This document shows, in pieces, positions 43,045 through 52,339 of a DNA stretch of 61,849 nucleotides. Each line of letters begins with the position of its first letter. Position 1 is the first letter of the stretch. Location of the stretch: the NCBI GenBank assembly GCA_026387575.1, contig JAPLLK010000036.1:1-61849 (forward strand), in the 5' to 3' direction. The notes beneath the pieces are model-generated. The model was not told where the DNA came from. It was given only the letters and a program-made list of their open reading frames with translations, and ran no database searches. The stretch comes from Nitrospirota bacterium. Its GTDB lineage: Bacteria; Nitrospirota; Thermodesulfovibrionia; Thermodesulfovibrionales; UBA1546. The translations under genes and the position numbers were made by a program.

Positions 43045-45099
43045 CTAAGAGCCGAGTCCGAGCAGATCAAATTTAACAGAAAACCTAAACTCGCTTGGCT
43101 TGTTGTTTACCTCATCAGGAGGGTTTCTGTTAACTATTATTGTCATTCCCCAGCACTGCTGCTGGTATTTCATGGTAAACGAAGAATCCCTCATTCCTCC
43201 TCCTTTAGCATCATACCAAACTTTAACCTCTGCAGACAAGTTCTTAGAGTGAGTATAACTCGCCCCTATATCATAAGACATAAGGTTATTAGGCTGGTTG
43301 AATCTCTCCCCAAAAGAAAATGAAAACTTCTTGATAGGGATGGATATGCTTGAGTTTAGAGTCTCAATATGGCCTGTGTAGTGATTATAAGAGGCATCAG
43401 CAGTTACAGGGAAAGGCCTTGGAACAGATGCTGACACACTTAACGGAGAAAGTGGAACGTCCCGTTCATATGTATTATATGATTCCGACACGCTTACGGT
43501 AAGGAATTCACCTTGTTTGTCAAGAAGGCGGTTTACGACAGAAAGGCCTATTGATGACTGCCTTGAATAAATATCCGTGGAATCAAACAGTGGGACATTG
43601 ACCTTGTCTTTTTTGAGCCACGGTAAAAACGTATATCCCAGAGAAGGTTCAATGCCGTGGGTAAGATCCTCGCTATATTTCTTTATGAACCGGCTGGACG
43701 CCGTGATATTGTAGTCAAACATATCTCTGTGCACTGAACTCTTAAATCCCTCGGCAGCATTGTCCTTTAAGGAATATACTGTTTCTCTCAGCCCGAGATT
43801 CTGGAATAAAATAACCTTGTCTCCGAAGGAATGGGAAAGTTTAGGATAAATGTCAAGACGCTGTCCTGATGCGCCTATGTCCCTTGAGAAATTTGACGCA
43901 GACGATGTCATTGAGAAAACCACAGGCCCGACTATAGACGGGTTAACAACATACCCTAATTCAGGCAGTCTCTGAGCTACTGCTGAATTATGACTGCCGT
44001 CCTTGAGGTCAATAATATACTGTGACATGAGGTAAAGGCGTGAGTTGTCCAAAGGAAGCGTCACTTCGCCGGTTGATTCAAGAAATCTGTTTACCCTTTC
44101 ATCGCGGTGCATGCTGAATTCCCTATAAAAATTTTTTTCATTTAACAGATTAACATTCCAGTATCCGGAAAGACCGTCCTCACTCCTTTTCGAATGAGTA
44201 GACTTTATCTCATAAAAATCACTTCCCGCCTTGCTGTTATGAAAATGATAGAGCCAGTGTTTGCCCTCTACATCTCCGGGCGTCACATATCTATATTCAG
44301 CCCCCTCTCCCAGTCCTGCATTGGTATGCCAGTCAACAATAAATGTCGCGTCCTTGTCTTCATCTATAGCCCAGAAAAACGGCTGTCCGTAATAGAACCC
44401 CTTTGACTGTGAAAAGCCAAATACAGGCGTGAGAAGCCCTGTTTTTCTTTCGGTAAGTGCAGGCGCCAAGAGATAAGGCGTATATAAAACAGGGAAGTCT
44501 TTGACATTGAAAGTGGCGTCACGCGCCTTGAAGCGGTCTCCGATAATTATGTCAGCAGTCCTACCTTTGATACACCACTCAGGAGAAGGGGTTCCGCATG
44601 TTGTTATTGATGCCTTTTTAATGAAATATTCCTTTTCTCCCCTCTTTTCTATCTCTGTGCCTGAGACGCGGAACTTTTCTTTTTTTTCTTTTTTTGAGAA
44701 AATCTCTGCATTATAAAAAGTGCCTTTTTTTGTATTAAGATTGAATTCTGCCTTTTCAGCTTGAAGAACTATATCAGTGGTATCATATACCACATTCCCT
44801 TCAGCAAAAACATCGGATGTCTTTTCATCATACCTCATCTCATCTGCCATCATTATTGTTTCGCCTTGTTCAACCAGCACAGAACCCCTTGCCGTATACA
44901 TTGATGTGCTTTTTTCATGTTTTAAAGAATCTGATGTTATGAATATCGGAGGCTCTTCAGCAAAACAACTAACAGTGGATAGTGAACAATGAACAGTGAA
45001 CAGGAAAAAAATAGTGAATAGTGAATAGTGAATAGTGAATAGTCTTCTGCTTTTTGCTGATTGCTCACCTGACGACTGTCGTCTATGGCGACTCTTCAT
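43045..45099 (-). CDS. lptD: LPS-assembly outer-membrane protein LptD (OstA)
   Basis: OstA N-terminal domain (ITSDSLKHEKSTSMYTARGSVLVEQGETIMMADEMRYDEKTSDVFAEGNV) followed by a large beta-barrel. ATG at 45099 forms an ATGA overlap with the folC stop. The signal peptide is encoded by heptamer repeats. Confidence 0.85.
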   Translation of the reverse strand: MKSRHRRQSSGEQSAKSRRLFTIHYSLFTIFFLFTVHCSLSTVSCFAEEPPIFITSDSLKHEKSTSMYTARGSVLVEQGETIMMADEMRYDEKTSDVFAEGNVVYDTTDIVLQAEKAEFNLNTKKGTFYNAEIFSKKEKKEKFRVSGTEIEKRGEKEYFIKKASITTCGTPSPEWCIKGRTADIIIGDRFKARDATFNVKDFPVLYTPYLLAPALTERKTGLLTPVFGFSQSKGFYYGQPFFWAIDEDKDATFIVDWHTNAGLGEGAEYRYVTPGDVEGKHWLYHFHNSKAGSDFYEIKSTHSKRSEDGLSGYWNVNLLNEKNFYREFSMHRDERVNRFLESTGEVTLPLDNSRLYLMSQYIIDLKDGSHNSAVAQRLPELGYVVNPSIVGPVVFSMTSSASNFSRDIGASGQRLDIYPKLSHSFGDKVILFQNLGLRETVYSLKDNAAEGFKSSVHRDMFDYNITASSRFIKKYSEDLTHGIEPSLGYTFLPWLKKDKVNVPLFDSTDIYSRQSSIGLSVVNRLLDKQGEFLTVSVSESYNTYERDVPLSPLSVSASVPRPFPVTADASYNHYTGHIETLNSSISIPIKKFSFSFGERFNQPNNLMSYDIGASYTHSKNLSAEVKVWYDAKGGGMRDSSFTMKYQQQCWGMTIIVNRNPPDEVNNKPSEFRFSVKFDLLGLGS
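44974..45040. repeat. two adjacent heptanucleotide arrays (AGTGGAT AGTGAAC AATGAAC AGTGAAC ... AGTGAAT x4 perfect)
   Basis: Read directly. On the coding strand they encode FTIHYSLFTIFFLFTVHCSLSTV, the hydrophobic core of the predicted LptD signal peptide. Confidence 0.88.
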
Positions 45100-46454
45100 A
45101 ATGTTTCCCTCAGACCCGAAAGAATGCCTCTTCCGCAAAGCATCTCCTTTGCTTCGCCTATAGTGTAAAACGAGCCTGTAATCAGGATGAGTTCGGAGTT
45201 TTTTGCTGAAGGCTGAGGGCTAAACGCTGAAAGCTTAATTGCCATATCAATTGCCTCTTTCACAGCTGGGGCCAGATGGATATTCGTAAATCCCATCTCT
45301 GCTGCACATTCTGCAAGTCTCTGCGGTAATGCTGCTCTCTCATACATAGGTGCTGTCAGTATAATCTCGTCAGCAAGCGGCAGCAGCGGCTTCATTATGC
45401 CTTCTATATCTTTATCAGCCATAATTCCGATTATGAGGATTAACCTGCTATATCGTGGGAGGAAGTTTTTTCTGAGCGTCTCTGCCAATACTGCAGATGC
45501 TGAAGGGTTATGCGCCCCGTCAATCAAAATCGGCGGTTCCTTTGAGATGAATTCAAGCCTACCCTGCCATTTTATATTTCCAAGCCCTGCTCTGATTGTA
45601 TCAGGAGTTAAGCGAGAGGTGTTAGGCAGGGACTTCTGAGAAATGACCTCAATTGTTTTTAGTGCAAGAGATGCATTCAATACCTGGTGTCTGCCCGGGA
45701 GTGATATAACCAAATCCTCGAAATTACTATCGCCATTATAATTAAAAACACTTCCGCTTGTATTTTCTGTCTTTATCGCTGCTGAAAAATCCCTGCCATA
45801 AATAAAAAGACTGGCATTCTTTTCTTCCGTCTTCTTTTTGATTGCATCCATTACAGACCGCTCCTGCGCTGACGTGATAACAGGAACTCCAGCCTTTATT
45901 ATCCCTGCCTTTTCTTCTGCAATCGCTGAGATGGTATTGCCAAGGAATTCACTGTGGTCATAATTGATACTTGTTATAACAGATGCCTCAGGCGACAGAA
46001 CATTTGTTGCATCAAGCCGTCCGCCCATTCCTGTCTCAACCACTGCCCAGTCAATGTTTTTCCTTTTAAAATAGAGGAAGCCCATTGCAGTTACAAACTC
46101 AAAAAAGGTTGGAGTCATCTTGAATCTTGAATCTTGAATCTTATTTCTTATTTCTTCTGCAAGGCTGACTACCTCTGATTCAGAAATATCTTCATTGTTG
46201 ACCCTAATCCTCTCGGTGAAACTTACAAGATGCGGGGATGTAAACAATCCTGTCCTGAACCCCGCAGCCTGCAATGCCGAAGCTATAATAGCTGATGTAG
46301 AACCTTTCCCGTTTGTCCCTGCGATATGGACGGATGAAAAATAGTTTTGCGGATTGCCGGATAAAAAAAGAAGCTTCACTGTATTATCAAGTCCCAGCTT
46401 GATACCGTGTTTCTGAAGCCCGTAGAGATAATTGACCGCAGCGGTATAACCCAT
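45096..46454 (-). CDS. folC: bifunctional folylpolyglutamate synthase / dihydrofolate synthase
   Basis: VHIAGTNGKGST P-loop and Mur-ligase layout. Lies downstream of accD, as in many bacteria. Confidence 0.9.
   Translation of the reverse strand: MGYTAAVNYLYGLQKHGIKLGLDNTVKLLFLSGNPQNYFSSVHIAGTNGKGSTSAIIASALQAAGFRTGLFTSPHLVSFTERIRVNNEDISESEVVSLAEEIRNKIQDSRFKMTPTFFEFVTAMGFLYFKRKNIDWAVVETGMGGRLDATNVLSPEASVITSINYDHSEFLGNTISAIAEEKAGIIKAGVPVITSAQERSVMDAIKKKTEEKNASLFIYGRDFSAAIKTENTSGSVFNYNGDSNFEDLVISLPGRHQVLNASLALKTIEVISQKSLPNTSRLTPDTIRAGLGNIKWQGRLEFISKEPPILIDGAHNPSASAVLAETLRKNFLPRYSRLILIIGIMADKDIEGIMKPLLPLADEIILTAPMYERAALPQRLAECAAEMGFTNIHLAPAVKEAIDMAIKLSAFSPQPSAKNSELILITGSFYTIGEAKEMLCGRGILSGLRETL
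46117..46158. repeat. heptanucleotide tandem repeat (ATCTTGA x3, then ATCTTAT TTCTTAT TTCTTCT)
   Basis: Read directly. Encodes ..EEIRNKIQDSRFKM.. within FolC. Confidence 0.85.
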
Positions 46455-46552
46455 AAGTGCAATATTTTACATTAAATACTATGCAAGTAAGAAGAAAGAA
46501 ATTAAAAAAATAAATTGATCTGAAACCTGAACTGTTGAGAGGCTGAAATTTC

Positions 46553-47383
46553 TTACGAAAGGAATTCTATGAGCTTTGCGAGAGTCTTTTTCATGTCTTC
46601 TCTGCTGACAACCATATCTATTAACCCATGCTCAAGAAGGAACTCTGCCCTCTGAAAATTATCGGGGAGCTGCTGTTTCATTGTCTGTTCTATGACACGT
46701 GGGCCTGCAAACCCTATTAGGCTTCTCGGCTCAGCGATTATTACGTCTCCGATTGTGGCAAAACTTGCAGCAACGCCGCCGAATGTCGGGTCAGCAAGGA
46801 CAGAAATATACGGGATACCATTATCTTTGAGTCTTCCTATTGCTGCAGAGACCTTTGCCATCTGCATAAGGGAGAATATTCCTTCCTGCATCCTTGCGCC
46901 GCCTGACGATGCAATGCTTATTAACGGGACTCTTTTTTCAAGAGCTGTTTCTGCAGCCCTTGAAATCTTTTCTCCGACAACAGAACCCATGCTTCCACCC
47001 ATGAACGAAAAATCCATCACAGCAAGGATGACAGGGAAACCGTTTATCACTGCCTCACCTGAGATAACAGCATCGGAGAGACTGCTCTTGGCCCGGTTTG
47101 CCTGTATCCTTTCAGGATAAGAAAGAGAGTCTTTAAAGTTCAGCGGATCTCCTGAACGCATATCTGCGTCAAACTCTACAAAACTTCCTGCATCCGCAAG
47201 AAGCTCAATTCTTTCTTTAGCGCTTATCCTGAAATGGTAATCACACTTCGGACAGACTTTAAGATTCTTGTCTACCTCTTTTTTGTAAACAATCTCTTTG
47301 CAGTTATCGCACTTTACCCAGAGGCCTTCCGGGATCTTTACCTTTTTTTGCAGTTTCGGTTCTTTTAACTTTTTAAACCACAT
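46553..47383 (-). CDS. accD: acetyl-CoA carboxylase carboxyltransferase beta subunit
   Basis: N-terminal zinc ribbon CDNCKEIVYKKEV...CPKCDYH, then GGSMGSVVGEK and SGGARMQEG. Confidence 0.92.
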   Translation of the reverse strand: MWFKKLKEPKLQKKVKIPEGLWVKCDNCKEIVYKKEVDKNLKVCPKCDYHFRISAKERIELLADAGSFVEFDADMRSGDPLNFKDSLSYPERIQANRAKSSLSDAVISGEAVINGFPVILAVMDFSFMGGSMGSVVGEKISRAAETALEKRVPLISIASSGGARMQEGIFSLMQMAKVSAAIGRLKDNGIPYISVLADPTFGGVAASFATIGDVIIAEPRSLIGFAGPRVIEQTMKQQLPDNFQRAEFLLEHGLIDMVVSREDMKKTLAKLIEFLS

Positions 47384-48150
47384 CAGATATTTATAACCTC
47401 ACCATCTTTAAGTATTCTGATATTGGGAATCCTGAGTCTTTTAATCTCAGACCTTATGGTTTTGAGATGCTGCGGCTTGGGATGTGTTATTAGTATTTTG
47501 TCAGGAGGTATGTTTATTTTGTCCAGTTCTTTCCTGAGCAGCCTTGGAGTTAGATGCCCTGTCTCAACAGCCATAGCCTCCATTTTGTTTGGAAAAGAGA
47601 CTTCTATTATGGCACGGTCTATCTTTATCCTGCCCGCTTCCTTCCAGATAGCAGTTGTTGGCCCTGTATCGCCTGTATAAAGGAGTCTTTTGCCTCTTCT
47701 GTCCTCAATGATATAACCGGCTGCAGGAACCGAATGGTTGACTCTGTATGCACTAACTTTATAGCCGTTAATTTCTATCTGTTTGCCGGGCTTCACCTCT
47801 AAAAACCTGATTACAGCCTTTTCAGCATTTGGTATCATTGTAAAATCAGGCCATATTTTATTATTTAAGAGATTGTTTTTCAGCGACTTCAATACCGGAG
47901 CAATCCCTATCACTATAACATTGTGTCTCTTGTTTTTTATAATTATGTTGTCTGCAAGGAAAGGGATTCCTCTTATATGGTCAAGATGAGCGTGTGAAAC
48001 AACAATATGCCGTATCTTCCACTGGGCATCCTCAGAGAGGTAAGCGCCGATTGTTCCGGCATCAAGCAATATTTTCCCGTCAATCAAGAAAGCCGGAGGG
48101 TTAAACCCAGGAAATTCTGCTCCTGAACATCCGAGAACTTCTACTTTCAT
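47383..48150 (-). CDS. class-II-type 3',5'-cyclic-nucleotide phosphodiesterase-like MBL-fold hydrolase
   Basis: SHAHLDHIRGIPFL fits the class II PDE signature H-x-H-L-D-H-[LIVM]-x-G. ATG at 48150 (GGAG 8 nt upstream) forms an ATGA overlap with the stop of the HD-GYP gene. Confidence 0.68.
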   Translation of the reverse strand: MKVEVLGCSGAEFPGFNPPAFLIDGKILLDAGTIGAYLSEDAQWKIRHIVVSHAHLDHIRGIPFLADNIIIKNKRHNVIVIGIAPVLKSLKNNLLNNKIWPDFTMIPNAEKAVIRFLEVKPGKQIEINGYKVSAYRVNHSVPAAGYIIEDRRGKRLLYTGDTGPTTAIWKEAGRIKIDRAIIEVSFPNKMEAMAVETGHLTPRLLRKELDKINIPPDKILITHPKPQHLKTIRSEIKRLRIPNIRILKDGEVINI

Positions 48151-49241
48151 ACCACAATCTCCATTTCTCTCCACGCCTTTAAAAATGCGTCGACTACTAA
48201 AGGGTCAAACTGTCTGCCTGCATGTTTTTTTAATTCGCCAAATGCATCATCTTCGCTGCGCACTTTTCTATACGGCCTGTCAGTCGTCATGGCATCAAAT
48301 GTATCGGCAACTGCAATAATCCGCGCTGACAATGGAATCTCGCTGCTCTTCAAACCATCGGGGTATCCTGTGCCGTCATAGTTCTCGTGGTGCCCTCTCA
48401 TGCCCGGGATAACATCTTTTAGTTGCTTAACATGACTTAGTATCTCTGAACCATACTTGGGATGCATACACATCACCTCAAACTCTCCGGGTTCAAGCCT
48501 GCCTTCCTTAAGAAGCACATTGTCTCTTATCCCGATCTTTCCGATGTCATGGAGTATAGCAGAAAGCTTTAAATTTTCAAGCTCTGCCCTGTTAAGCCGG
48601 AGCATGCGTCCTATGGCAAGGCTGTAGTTCATAACCCTTTTCGTATGGCCTCCTGTGTAAGGGTCTCTTTTTTCAATGGTCTCTGCAAGCGCCTGTGCTG
48701 TACCGTGAAATGTATCCTTAAGTTCCTGATAAAGGTTCGCATTTTCTATCGCAACAGCCACCTGATTTGCAAGCGCACACAGTATCTCCATGTCCTCATT
48801 ATCAAAATTCCCTGCCTTTTTGTTTATTGTCTGGAGCGCTCCGAGAATCTCCTCTTTTGTTTTTACAGGCACACATATCATGTCTCTTGTGAAAAATTCG
48901 CTTCTGTCATCTGCGCCCCTAAAAAATCTCGAATCTGACTGAACATCGCGCACTATGACAGGTTCTCCTTTTTCAGCAACCCATCCAGCTATGCCCTCGC
49001 CTTTCTTAAGCCGCATCTCTTTGACCTTCTCTCCTTTATCTCCAAGCGCCACTTCAAAAAAGAGCTCATCATTTTCCTTGTCCTTCAGAATCAGACTTCC
49101 TGCTTCAGCATTAACAAGCCGCGTTGCCGCTTCAATCGCTCGTTTTCTCACTTCATGCGTATCAAGCGTAGAATTGACTATAGCTGTCAGTTCCATCAGG
49201 GTACTAAGCTGTGCCAGCTTCTTATCAGAGACCTCGTTCAT
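48147..49241 (-). CDS. GAF-domain / HD-GYP-domain protein (putative c-di-GMP phosphodiesterase)
   Basis: N-terminal GAF, then HDIGKIG ... HHENYDGTGYPDGL. ATGA overlap with the trpA stop. Confidence 0.85.
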   Translation of the reverse strand: MNEVSDKKLAQLSTLMELTAIVNSTLDTHEVRKRAIEAATRLVNAEAGSLILKDKENDELFFEVALGDKGEKVKEMRLKKGEGIAGWVAEKGEPVIVRDVQSDSRFFRGADDRSEFFTRDMICVPVKTKEEILGALQTINKKAGNFDNEDMEILCALANQVAVAIENANLYQELKDTFHGTAQALAETIEKRDPYTGGHTKRVMNYSLAIGRMLRLNRAELENLKLSAILHDIGKIGIRDNVLLKEGRLEPGEFEVMCMHPKYGSEILSHVKQLKDVIPGMRGHHENYDGTGYPDGLKSSEIPLSARIIAVADTFDAMTTDRPYRKVRSEDDAFGELKKHAGRQFDPLVVDAFLKAWREMEIVV

Positions 49242-50017
49242 TTGATTACCTCTCTTAATGTGAGAAGGAAACCCCTGAATTCCTTATCTGAGCTCGCCTG
49301 CGCTTTTTTGACTATTGCGCTTCCAATAATCACCCCGTCAGAGACGCCTGCCACTGCCTTAGCCTCATCAGGCGTTGAAATACCGAATCCGACGGCAACA
49401 GGCTTATCCGAAATTTTACGAATCCCCTTTATTGATTTTTCAATAGAGTCGTCAAGTAAAAGCTGAGCGCCGGTAATGCCGGTTATTGAAACATAATATA
49501 TAAAACCCGTTGATGCGCTTGCAACCTTTTTTATTCTTTCATCTGTTGATGTCGGAGCAAGAAGGAAGATTGAAGCAAGGGCTGCATTTTTAGCAAGCCT
49601 TGTAAACTTTCCTGCTTCATCAGGCGGAAGATCAGGGATTATAACACCATCAACTCCTGCATCTTTTGCGTCTGCAATAAATCTCTCTTCACCGTATTTG
49701 AAAACAGGATTATAATACGTCATCAACACCAGAGGGATTTTTGTTTTTTGTCTTAAATCTTTTACAAGGGCAATCACCTTTTTTAAAGTAACTCCATTTT
49801 TTAATGCCCTTTCCGCTGCCCTCTGAATCGTCGGGCCGTCTGCGAGAGGGTCTGTGAAAGGCACGCCAAGCTCAACAATGTCTGCGCCGCATTCTTCAAA
49901 CATGAGGACAATTTCTTTTGTCTTATCAAGAGAAGGATCGCCTGCCATTATGTAAGGGATAAATGCCTTCTCATTCTGAGCCTTTAATTTTTTGAATACC
50001 TTTTCAATTCTATTCAC
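49238..50017 (-). CDS. trpA: tryptophan synthase alpha chain
   Basis: [33 protein letters not shown]. Confidence 0.92.
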   Translation of the reverse strand: MNRIEKVFKKLKAQNEKAFIPYIMAGDPSLDKTKEIVLMFEECGADIVELGVPFTDPLADGPTIQRAAERALKNGVTLKKVIALVKDLRQKTKIPLVLMTYYNPVFKYGEERFIADAKDAGVDGVIIPDLPPDEAGKFTRLAKNAALASIFLLAPTSTDERIKKVASASTGFIYYVSITGITGAQLLLDDSIEKSIKGIRKISDKPVAVGFGISTPDEAKAVAGVSDGVIIGSAIVKKAQASSDKEFRGFLLTLREVIK

Positions 50018-51189
50018 AGCTCTATTCCTTTGATATTCGCTACGTGCTGAACGTCTTTGTCTCCCCTTCCCGAAAGATTTACAATTATAATTTTATCCTT
50101 TGAAAGTTTCGGCGCAAGTTTTATTGCTTCTGCGACTGCATGTGCAGATTCAAGGGCAGGGATTATCCCTTCTTTTCTTGAAAGCAGTTCAAATGCAGCC
50201 AATGCCTCATCATCTGTAGCATATGTGTACTCAACCCTTCCCATATCTTTGAGAAAAGGATGCTCGGGACCTACTGCTGCATAATCGAGTCCTGCCGAGA
50301 CTGAGTGAGTTCCGAGAATATTTCCGTCATCGTCCTGAAGGAGATAGGTCTTGCATCCCTGAAATACTCCTACAGAGCCACCGGCAAATCTTGCCGCATG
50401 CTCACCTGTCTCTATCCCCTTGCCTCCGGCCTCTACTCCGACCATCTTTATTTCATCGTCAAGGAATTCATGAAATAATCCCATTGCATTGCTTCCGCCG
50501 CCAACGCATGCAACCAGATAATCAGGCAACCGTCCCTCTGCCTGAAGAATCTGTTTTTTAGCCTCCTTCCCGATAATTGACTGAAAATCCCTCACCATTG
50601 ACGGGAAAGGATGAGGCCCGAAGACCGTGCCTAAAACATAATGAGTAGTCCCTACATTTGTTGTCCAGTCTCTCAGAGATTCATTTATTGCATCTTTCAA
50701 CGTCTGCGACCCGACAGCTACCTCAAGGACCCGTGCGCCAAGGAGCCTCATCCTGAAAACATTCAGCGCCTGTCTTTTCATGTCCTGAGTTCCCATGTAA
50801 ACATCGCATTCAAGGCCGATAAGCGCAGCGCCTGTGGCAGTTGCAACTCCATGCTGTCCGGCGCCTGTTTCAGCAATGATTCTTTTTTTGCCGATTCTTT
50901 TTGCAAGCAGAGTCTGCCCCAGCGCATTGTTAATCTTATGCGCGCCTGTGTGAGCAAGGTCTTCTCTCTTTAAATATACCTTTGCGCCTCCGAGATGTTC
51001 CGTAAATCTCTTTGCAAAGTATAAAGAGGTTGGTCTTCCTATATATGTTTTCTGGAGATGTGCAAGCTCTTTTTGAAAATCTTTGTCTTTCCGGTATTTC
51101 AGATATGCCTGTTCAAGTTCAATGAGCGCAGGCATCAATGTTTCAGGAACAAATCTTCCGCCATATTGTCCGAAATAACCTTTCTTCAT
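50014..51189 (-). CDS. trpB: tryptophan synthase beta chain
   Basis: [25 protein letters not shown] (PLP lysine), GGGSNAMG. Confidence 0.95.
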   Translation of the reverse strand: MKKGYFGQYGGRFVPETLMPALIELEQAYLKYRKDKDFQKELAHLQKTYIGRPTSLYFAKRFTEHLGGAKVYLKREDLAHTGAHKINNALGQTLLAKRIGKKRIIAETGAGQHGVATATGAALIGLECDVYMGTQDMKRQALNVFRMRLLGARVLEVAVGSQTLKDAINESLRDWTTNVGTTHYVLGTVFGPHPFPSMVRDFQSIIGKEAKKQILQAEGRLPDYLVACVGGGSNAMGLFHEFLDDEIKMVGVEAGGKGIETGEHAARFAGGSVGVFQGCKTYLLQDDDGNILGTHSVSAGLDYAAVGPEHPFLKDMGRVEYTYATDDEALAAFELLSRKEGIIPALESAHAVAEAIKLAPKLSKDKIIIVNLSGRGDKDVQHVANIKGIEL

Positions 51190-51434
51190 TTCCTTCTTTC
51201 TCTTCCGCAGTTACAATTAAGTCCGTGTGTACAGCCCTCAAACGGATTTATGACAAGTCTTTTAGGAATAAACTCGCCGCACTTGCAATTCCATCCGCCT
51301 CCGGCAGCCTTAGCTTTATCAAGCTCTCTCCCGCAGACCGGACAGAGAGGCAAAACCTCCTCGCCTTCTTCTGCTTTCTTCCTCTTCTCTCTCATCTTAC
51401 AGTTAAAATGCTTGCTATTATTATAGCAGTCCAA
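51186..51434 (-). CDS. small Cys-rich (zinc-ribbon-like) protein translationally coupled to trpB; start uncertain (TTG 51434 or ATG 51395)
   Basis: CPVCGRE...WNCKCGEF...[10 protein letters not shown]. The stop overlaps the trpB ATG (ATGA). Confidence 0.45.
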   Translation of the reverse strand: MDCYNNSKHFNCKMREKRKKAEEGEEVLPLCPVCGRELDKAKAAGGGWNCKCGEFIPKRLVINPFEGCTHGLNCNCGRERRK

Positions 51435-51505
51435 TAGTATAATTTATATTTGAATTATAAGGTACTAATAGTCTCATAAGCAAGAAGACATGTGCATACC
51501 TTCTT

Positions 51506-51566
51506 GTCATTGTGGCTTGTCCGCAATCCTTCAGGAAAAGAAAGATTCCCAACAAGCAGGAATGAC
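51506..51566. repeat. miniature nested-palindrome repeat element (short copy, inverted relative to 12773..12882)
   Basis: The reverse complement GTCATTCCTGCTTGTTGGGAATCTTTCTTTTCCTGAAGGATTGCGGACAAGCCACAATGAC shares termini and core with the 12.8-kb copy. Confidence 0.55.
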
Positions 51567-51661
51567 AGTCATATTGCCATACTTTTGCACTTCTTAGATA
51601 TAATTTGACCACCAATAATCACTTGGGGTAGTATTAACATCACGCAGGATGAGAAGAAAAA

Positions 51662-52339
51662 ATGTTTCCTTTTAAAGATGACAACCCAACGCAAACGACC
51701 CCGTTCATTACAATAGCGATAATCACGGCAAATATTCTTGCGTATTTATGGGAATTACTCTCGCCTGCCGGTGAAAGATATATCATTTATAACTATGGCG
51801 CAATTCCTTCAGGACTGCTGTCTTTAGAAAAGACACAGGCGCTGCATCCGATGGTTACTGTTTTTTCATCCATGTTTCTTCACGGAGGCCTTCTGCACAT
51901 TGGCGGCAACATGCTTTACCTCTGGATATTCGGCGATAATATTGAAGACAGGCTGGGCCACTTCAGGTTTCTTATTTTTTATCTTGTAAGCGGGATTATA
52001 GCCTCATATGCGCATGCTATATCATCGCCTTCTTCAACTGTGCCAATGATAGGCGCAAGCGGTGCTGTCTCAGGCGTTCTCGGCGCTTATATACTTTTAT
52101 TTCCTCATGCGCGCGTGCAGACCCTGATATTTTTCGGATTCTTTATTCAGGTTGTGAAGATTCCTGCCTTGATAGTTATTGGATTTTGGGCTATTATACA
52201 GTTTGTCAATGGAATCCTCAGCCAGGGGCTTTTGCCTCAGGGCGGGGTCGCCTGGTTTGCCCATATCGGCGGATTCCTTACAGGCCTTTTGACGATTAAG
52301 ATATGGCTGCCTAAAAGGAGGTCCAGAGAGTGGTCGTAG
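51662..52339 (+). CDS. rhomboid-family intramembrane serine protease
   Basis: HGGLLHIGGNMLYLWIFG, catalytic GASGAVSGVLGAY and AHIGGF. Confidence 0.85.
   Translation: MFPFKDDNPTQTTPFITIAIITANILAYLWELLSPAGERYIIYNYGAIPSGLLSLEKTQALHPMVTVFSSMFLHGGLLHIGGNMLYLWIFGDNIEDRLGHFRFLIFYLVSGIIASYAHAISSPSSTVPMIGASGAVSGVLGAYILLFPHARVQTLIFFGFFIQVVKIPALIVIGFWAIIQFVNGILSQGLLPQGGVAWFAHIGGFLTGLLTIKIWLPKRRSREWS

Noticed and set aside
51567-51661. Possible promoter TTGCCA ... TATAAT upstream of the rhomboid gene.
   Set aside because: The spacer to TATAAT is 19 nt (17 nt only to a poorer GATATA box), which is too uncertain to list as a feature.
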